Below, piece after piece: positions 61,453 to 64,000 of a stretch of 64,000 bases of DNA. Under the pieces are notes generated by a model that saw only the letters and a program-made list of their open reading frames with translations, was not told the DNA's origin and did no database searches. The number at the start of each line of letters is the position of its first letter. Positions within the stretch are counted from its first letter, which is position 1. The position numbers and the translations under genes were made by a program. The stretch covers positions 1,533 through 65,532 of the forward strand of contig CACBVE010000001.1 of NCBI GenBank assembly GCA_902542595.1. Direction: 5' to 3'. This stretch comes from an uncultured Prochlorococcus sp. Its GTDB lineage: Bacteria > Cyanobacteriota > Cyanobacteriia > PCC-6307 > Cyanobiaceae.

Positions 61453-62405
61453 AATTCAATTTAAGTAGTCAATCATATTGGAAATTTCTAAGAAAATTTA
61501 AATTTGGAGTTCTAAAGAGTATTTTCTTTATTTCTAGCTTGTTATATTTTTGCATATATTTTTTTTACAATATTGATCAAATTTCTTTTGATATAAATTT
61601 AGAAAAAAATGGAATTAATTTATTTTTATCATTTTTATTTTGTGTTTTAAGTATTTATCTGAACGCTTATGCATGGAAATATATTGTTAAGTGGTTCGGG
61701 AAAGAATTCAAAAGTAATAATCTAGTCTCTTTTTATGTCTTAACCAATATTCTTAAATACGTTCCAGGAGGGATTTGGCATTTTGTTGAAAGATTTAATT
61801 TTATAAAAAAAATTAGTAATCCCAAGATCGCTTTGCATTCGACACTTATAGAGCCTTATTTTATGTTGAGTGGATCTTTTCTCTTGGCATCGCTGGGATT
61901 AATTTTTTCACCACTTTATTTTTTTTCAATTTTTCCTTTAGTATTCTTAAACAGGAAATTAATATATTTTTTATTAAAAATATTAGGGTCTCTTAAGGGA
62001 AAAATATTTGATGTTTTGAGACTTCAAAATTTAAATGACCAATTTGAAGAGAGAATAAATATAATTTCTTTTTTCCCTACTAGAGCTCTATTACTTGAAA
62101 TTGGTTTTATTTTATCTAAATTTATTGGGTTTTATTTTTGCTTAAATACTTTTTATCCAGGAAATACTTTGGATATCATATTTTTATTAGTAATCTTTTC
62201 TTTGTCATGGTCTTTAGGATTGGTAGTCCCAACAGCTCCAGGAGGAGTTGGTGTTTTTGAAGCTTGCTTCCTTTTTTTTGTTGGCAGAAATATCCCACAG
62301 AATGCAACTCTTGTTAGCTTAATTTATTTTAGAGTTATATCTACATCGGCAGATTTGTTTTTAAGCTTCCCTTTTTTAATTAGGAAACTTTTTAAAAGAA
62401 TTTAG
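61449..62405 (+). CDS. UPF0104 / lysylphosphatidylglycerol synthase TM-domain (flippase-like) membrane protein
   Basis: KYVPGGIW, PTAPGGVGVFE, YFR motifs; multi-pass TM; ATGA overlap with larC. Confidence 0.82.
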   Translation: MKFNLSSQSYWKFLRKFKFGVLKSIFFISSLLYFCIYFFYNIDQISFDINLEKNGINLFLSFLFCVLSIYLNAYAWKYIVKWFGKEFKSNNLVSFYVLTNILKYVPGGIWHFVERFNFIKKISNPKIALHSTLIEPYFMLSGSFLLASLGLIFSPLYFFSIFPLVFLNRKLIYFLLKILGSLKGKIFDVLRLQNLNDQFEERINIISFFPTRALLLEIGFILSKFIGFYFCLNTFYPGNTLDIIFLLVIFSLSWSLGLVVPTAPGGVGVFEACFLFFVGRNIPQNATLVSLIYFRVISTSADLFLSFPFLIRKLFKRI

Positions 62406-63940
62406 TTTTTTTTCTCTAAACTTGGGATCAATGTAATTGATGCAATAAGACCTAGAGTCATTATAAAAATAGCTGGTAATATTGCTTCTACAATTCTTTC
62501 ATCTCCAGCATATTGATATATTCGCACAGATAATGTATCGAAATCGAATGGTCTTAAAATAAATGTTATGGGTAATTCTTTTATCGTATCTACAAAAACT
62601 AAAAGTGATCCTACAAAGATTGGTCCTTGGAGCAAAGGCAAATGAATTTTTTTTATGATTCCTAGCCAATTCTCTCCTAAACCAAGTGCAGCTTCATCTA
62701 GACTAGGAGAAATCCTCTCAAGACTTGAATCAATAGAACCCTTAGAAATGGTTAGGAATCGGACAAGATAACCCCAAATTAGTAAGCAAATAGAAATGAA
62801 GTTTAATTTTGAAGAAGAAACACTTATTAAAGATAAAGCTAAGACTGTCCCTGGTATTGCGTAACCTATCCCCGCAAGGTTTGTTATTAATTCAAGCAAT
62901 AAGTTTTTATTTGGACGTCTAGCTAAGGAAATTATTAACGATAATAGCATTGTTATTAATGCTGCAAAAAGTCCTAAACTAATAGTCCTAAATGATAGGT
63001 TGAATAATTCTAAAGTTAACCCTTTATTAATTTGATCGATATTCAGCAGAATCCAAAAAAAAGGAATTCCAAAAGAGAAAATTGGAGGGAATAAGGATAT
63101 AACTATAGCCAAAAAAGCTCGAGTTTTTTTTAGTTCCCATCCTTGAGAATCTTTTGATGCGGGATTCTCACTCCACCTCTTTGATTTTCTTCTCGAGAAC
63201 TTTTCAAAAATAATTAAAGTGAAAATTATTGACAAGGCTACTAAAGATAATCCAATAGCATTCTTGGGATTACCTTCAATTATCCAATTTTCGGCTATAC
63301 CTGTAGAAATACTTGGAATATTTAATAATGCAAATGTACCTAATTCATTCATTACTTCCATACACATTAAACTTATTCCTGTTATTAATGCTGGCATCGC
63401 CATTGGGAAAGCTATTTTAAAGAAGCTCCTCCACGGCCCAACTCCTAATCCTCTACTTGCATTTATTTGATTAACTCCAAATTTATTAAAACTTTCATTA
63501 GCAAGAATGAATACATATGGATAAGTAGAAATCGAAAGAATTAATACCCCCCACCATAAACCAGTTACTTGATACCCAAAAATACTTCCTAAATCCTGCA
63601 AAATAGCTGTTATTAGATATGCTGGAGCAGCTAGTGGAACTAGCTGAAAAATACGAAGAATTTTTCTGTATTTAAAATCGCAATTTGAAAGTAACCACCC
63701 ATTCAAGGTTCCCAAGCCTCCTCCAAATAGACTTGTCAGCGCTAAAACTTTTAGAGTACCTATTACCTCTTCTCCTCCAGTAATACCTAATGAAAAATCT
63801 CCACTTAAAACATATTGAATTCCTTCAATAAGAAAATTGCATATTGGAATGATTACTACTATTGAAACAATAAACGAGATGGCATAAAGAAGTTTTAATT
63901 CGTTTACTGCTTTTTTAAATCCTTTAATAAGTATTTTCAA
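62402..63940 (-). CDS. futB: Fe(III) ABC transporter permease (FutB/IdiB)
   Basis: Two permease repeats, PLAAPAY, YPYV, GYAIPG.V, LDEAA..LG, KELP.T..LRPF.FDTL. Confidence 0.9.
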   Translation of the reverse strand: MKILIKGFKKAVNELKLLYAISFIVSIVVIIPICNFLIEGIQYVLSGDFSLGITGGEEVIGTLKVLALTSLFGGGLGTLNGWLLSNCDFKYRKILRIFQLVPLAAPAYLITAILQDLGSIFGYQVTGLWWGVLILSISTYPYVFILANESFNKFGVNQINASRGLGVGPWRSFFKIAFPMAMPALITGISLMCMEVMNELGTFALLNIPSISTGIAENWIIEGNPKNAIGLSLVALSIIFTLIIFEKFSRRKSKRWSENPASKDSQGWELKKTRAFLAIVISLFPPIFSFGIPFFWILLNIDQINKGLTLELFNLSFRTISLGLFAALITMLLSLIISLARRPNKNLLLELITNLAGIGYAIPGTVLALSLISVSSSKLNFISICLLIWGYLVRFLTISKGSIDSSLERISPSLDEAALGLGENWLGIIKKIHLPLLQGPIFVGSLLVFVDTIKELPITFILRPFDFDTLSVRIYQYAGDERIVEAILPAIFIMTLGLIASITLIPSLEKKN

Positions 63941-64000
63941 AAATTAATTAAACCCTAATAGGTATACTCTAATCTGTACTAAATCTACATGATGAGAGTT

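Noticed and set aside
1855-63470. Numerous 60-130 aa ORFs antisense or out of frame to core genes (e.g. 9108-9368, 15495-15773, 32178-32492, 36597-36992, 46669-47016, 47540-47863)
   Set aside because: They lie largely or wholly within well-supported genes, have shadow-ORF composition and show no motifs
63976-63990. TGTACTAAATCTACA upstream of futB as an NtcA site
   Set aside because: Spacing is GTA-N7-TAC rather than N8, and the context is cut off by the window edge

Overview
AT-rich, gene-dense chromosomal segment that reads as a high-light-adapted Prochlorococcus marinus. The assignment is inferred from gene content, gene order and protein sequences. It runs from the 3' end of lepA to the iron ABC permease futB. 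Most of it is core genome: chlG, hisF, ndhB, topA, cobT, ribE, ctaCDE/ctaAB, groEL2, fabG, ispD, ubiA, ppx, cobM, lgt, petCA, tatC, rqcH, gmk, psaFJ, tsaD, hli, gltX, tRNA-Asp, hcp, tRNA-Trp, rplS, map, yajQ, hemL, xth and larC. I see no integrase, transposase, prophage, CRISPR array or rRNA. Six short ORFs missing from the supplied track were read by hand: DUF2256, two small ORFs after the photolyase, one opposite groEL2, psaJ and an HLIP. The most interesting parts are (1) a small islet at about 2.1-5.2 kb carrying a DCC / TIGR03643 / DUF2256 / Fe-S-less (6-4) photolyase cassette, (2) a DUF2232-cobT-Tat lipoprotein unit that could be a cobamide lower-ligand uptake module, (3) the hyperconserved Hcp between two tRNAs, (4) an orphan LarC lacking its His-rich loop, (5) a K-box-like element upstream of groEL2, and (6) two facing coding tandem repeats. 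No clearly new system is proven by the sequence. The candidates are hypotheses.
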